Made by a program: the position numbers and the translations under genes
The notes under the pieces: model-generated
Database searches by the model: none
What the model was told of the DNA's origin: nothing
What the model saw: the letters and a program-made list of their open reading frames with translations, nothing else
Shown here: piece after piece, positions 29,173 to 31,052 of the stretch
How the letters are laid out: every line of letters starts with the position of its first letter
How positions within the stretch are numbered: the stretch's first letter is position 1
Source of the DNA: Bacteroidales bacterium
GTDB taxonomy: Bacteria > Bacteroidota > Bacteroidia > Bacteroidales > UBA12077
DNA length: 31,052 nucleotides
Direction: 5' to 3'
Assembly: GCA_028282585.1 (NCBI GenBank)
Contig: JANQHR010000079.1
Location: 1 to 31,052 of the forward strand

Positions 29173-29198
29173 AAAGAGTTCCATTTCGGAACTCTTTT
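29172..29198. terminator. Bidirectional intrinsic terminator between aspS and the convergent gene
   Basis: AAAAGAGTTCC-atttc-GGAACTCTTTT. Confidence 0.8.
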
Positions 29199-29221
29199 CT
29201 TTATATCAATCGTTAATTTTA

Positions 29222-30166
29222 TTAGATTTTAGTTTCTGTTGTGAACTTATATTGACCTTTAACGTCCCATTGCCTTGTATCTCTGTTCCAGATGAATTCG
29301 GTTTTTTCCGTCATATACCCTTCTTCATTATAAGAAGCGCTATGCTTATTGAAATTTAACCAGGACTGGTTTGCAATATTATATTTCTTTTCTATGTATT
29401 CCGTTTGATTTCCTTTTTTATCATAAATCATTTCTAACATAATACCTTCTAACCAAACTTTTTTACTTTGATTCCATGTATATCTGGTTTCCTGAGTTTT
29501 ATCTCCTCTCCAATTGTATTGAATGCTATACTTGCCTTCAGTTTTCCATTCATTAGCCCACGATTGTGCGATAACAACAGATGGTGGAGAGTAAGGAGCA
29601 TCGAATTCCATCAAATACTTCTTGTGGTTATCCCAGTCTTTGGTAACACCATTGTAGAGTTTAATAACAACATTGTTTTTATCTCCATTATCATTGTATT
29701 TGATTAAATATTTCATAATATTGAACCACTCACTTGTGGGTTTTTTCCATTGTTGAAATAGTACCTCTTCTTTATGTCTTCCTTTATAGGATGTAGTTTT
29801 TAACTGAGCGTTAACCCAACTGTTTGAAGAACCATCCCATTCTTGTGTGATTTCTTCAACTTCATTTCCATTTATGTCGTAAGTGTAGTTAATTCTCATG
29901 TAATTAGACCATTTTTGATTACCCCATACTTGGACAAAGTTTTCTACAGGATTTTGCTGGCTATCAAACCTTCGAATTTCTCTCTGAAAATAGCTCCAGG
30001 AATTTGTAGCAGAGTTAAATTGGAATGTATATAAGGTATCTGCGCCAGACCAATTCATTTTTGGCTTATTATCAGCAGGTATTTCTGATTTTGGTTGAGC
30101 ATTTACATTTACGCAGATAAATGTTGTCAACACGATTCCGATCATTAATTTAATTATTGTTTTCAT
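29222..30166 (-). CDS. Secreted Trp-rich beta-hairpin repeat protein (DUF3836/YD-like repeats)
   Basis: Signal peptide ending NVNA-Q; about nine ~28-32 aa repeats of the form W...W.N..K....Y(D/N)..G. Confidence 0.75.
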   Translation of the reverse strand: MKTIIKLMIGIVLTTFICVNVNAQPKSEIPADNKPKMNWSGADTLYTFQFNSATNSWSYFQREIRRFDSQQNPVENFVQVWGNQKWSNYMRINYTYDINGNEVEEITQEWDGSSNSWVNAQLKTTSYKGRHKEEVLFQQWKKPTSEWFNIMKYLIKYNDNGDKNNVVIKLYNGVTKDWDNHKKYLMEFDAPYSPPSVVIAQSWANEWKTEGKYSIQYNWRGDKTQETRYTWNQSKKVWLEGIMLEMIYDKKGNQTEYIEKKYNIANQSWLNFNKHSASYNEEGYMTEKTEFIWNRDTRQWDVKGQYKFTTETKI

Positions 30167-30370
30167 AGTCTTTGTATTTTAATTTAACTTATCTTTTAGT
30201 TTTAATCGTTTCTATACCTAAGATGCATAAAATTTAAAATACCCTATTCTAAATAAAAATATCAGAAATTAGCTGTTTATATTGGGTTTGTTCTTTCTAT
30301 TTATAATTTGAGAATTCTTGGAACGAACTTTGTACTTTCTATTTTTAAGAAGTAATGTTAACTTCATTTT

Positions 30371-30406
30371 TAAGTTGAAAACTTCAACTTATATTGTTGA
30401 AAACTT
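30371..30406. promoter_or_regulatory. Palindromic operator-like site in a divergent intergenic region
   Basis: TAAGTTGAA-aac-TTCAACTTA (30371-30391), plus GTTGAAAACTT repeated at 30374 and 30396. Confidence 0.45.
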
Positions 30407-30476
30407 AAAATTCAATTAAATATTTAATTAAGTTATACATCGTATTTTCACAATGTTAAATAACAAAAAAAGACTT

Positions 30477-30782
30477 ATGATAACAGTTGATCACATTGAG
30501 AACACTTATTTGGCTTCTTTCTTTAATATGACAAGGCTGAATATTTTGAATTCGAAAGAAGTAGAACAACAATTATTACCATTAGTTAGCCAAACAGGTT
30601 CTATTCTTACGTTAAATCTTAATGGCATTAAATTTGTTGATAGTGCAGGATTTGAAACATTACTACGCTTATATAAAACAGCTAAAATGAATAATTCAAG
30701 CTTAAAACTAATTAACCTTTCGGATGAATTGGTAGAGTTAATAAAACTGGTAGAGCTTGATCATGTATTTCAACTAAATTAA
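30477..30782 (+). CDS. STAS domain protein (anti-sigma factor antagonist)
   Basis: LNLNGIKFVDSAGF..L with the phosphorylatable Ser, L.L.NLS..L.ELI.L..LD.VF; start is 30477 or 30453. Confidence 0.85.
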   Translation: MITVDHIENTYLASFFNMTRLNILNSKEVEQQLLPLVSQTGSILTLNLNGIKFVDSAGFETLLRLYKTAKMNNSSLKLINLSDELVELIKLVELDHVFQLN

Positions 30783-30790
30783 GTATACAG

Positions 30791-30823
30791 AAGCTGTCTC
30801 AAAACTAATTGAGGCGGTTTTTT
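30791..30823 (+). terminator. Terminator hairpin after the STAS gene, overlapping the putative IS end
   Basis: AAGCTGTCTCAA-aactaa-TTGAGGCGGTTT (G:U pairs on the + strand) followed by a T run. Confidence 0.55.
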
Positions 30824-30910
30824 ATTATTTAGTTTGTTTTCAAACGCCTTTTTACTTTAAGAACCCTAATTTTCAGAAGTTTTTATTTCACAGAAGATAA
30901 TTTCTTTTTA

Positions 30911-31051
30911 TTAAGCAGCAATCTTTTTAAGATTATGTGCAATAGCTATTAAACCAAGTTCTATTTCCACCTTTATCTTTCCTCTAAGATTAAATCTCCT
31001 AAACTTTCTATTATGTTTTATATGTGCAAATACAGGTTCAACATCAGCAGT
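30911..31051 (-). CDS. IS1182-family DDE transposase, C-terminal 46 aa (partial)
   Basis: TADVEPVFAHIKHNRKFRRFNLRGKIKVEIELGLIAIAHNLKKIAA* matches the VEPVF..IK.N..FRRF.LRG..KV..E.GL.A.AHNL.K pattern. Confidence 0.85.
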   Translation of the reverse strand, partial: TADVEPVFAHIKHNRKFRRFNLRGKIKVEIELGLIAIAHNLKKIAA

Positions 31052-31052
31052 T

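Larger units (their letters stand above)
30790..31052 (-). mobile_element. Right end of an IS1182-family insertion sequence, truncated by the window edge
   Basis: Transposase C-terminus on the minus strand; candidate terminal IR GAAGCTGTCTCAAAA at 30790-30804; the boundary is inferred. Confidence 0.7.

Noticed and set aside
1-31052. CRISPR array, rRNA, prophage, or integrase at the tRNA
   Set aside because: No regularly spaced repeats, rRNA-like sequence, phage genes, integrase, or duplicated tRNA 3' end were seen

Overview
AT-rich chromosomal window from a Bacteroidota bacterium, probably Bacteroidales-like. The assignment rests on TAnnTTTG -7 promoter boxes, A-rich start contexts without Shine-Dalgarno sites, purN/acpP-fabF-rnc-IPExxxVDY synteny and rprXY. 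Most of the window is housekeeping: tRNA-Arg(UCG), leuS, YitT, an M23 peptidase, purN, acpP, fabF, rnc, the RprX/RprY two-component system, 5-formyl-THF cyclo-ligase, a TrmH methylase, an M3 peptidase, tadA and aspS. Accessory modules are an arsenic-resistance operon headed by a lipoprotein LMW phosphatase, an AlkD-like/DUF1801 cluster ending in a decayed SRPBCC gene, a YfiR-family + MCP pair, a Trp-rich repeat protein, a STAS protein, and an IS1182-family end at the window edge. Four signals are missing from the ORF track. (1) A 36-codon double-glycine-like, Gly-rich peptide ORF with phased upstream repeats and a hairpin sits directly before an orphan periplasmic-TPR histidine kinase, suggesting a peptide-signalling module. 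(2) A candidate minus-strand sRNA divergent from rprX has a body antisense to a Bacteroidota-type translation-initiation region. (3) A 30-nt GC-rich palindromic segment appears inserted in frame in the M3 peptidase gene. (4) An SRPBCC pseudogene follows the DUF1801 gene. All family assignments are from motif recognition by eye; no searches were run.
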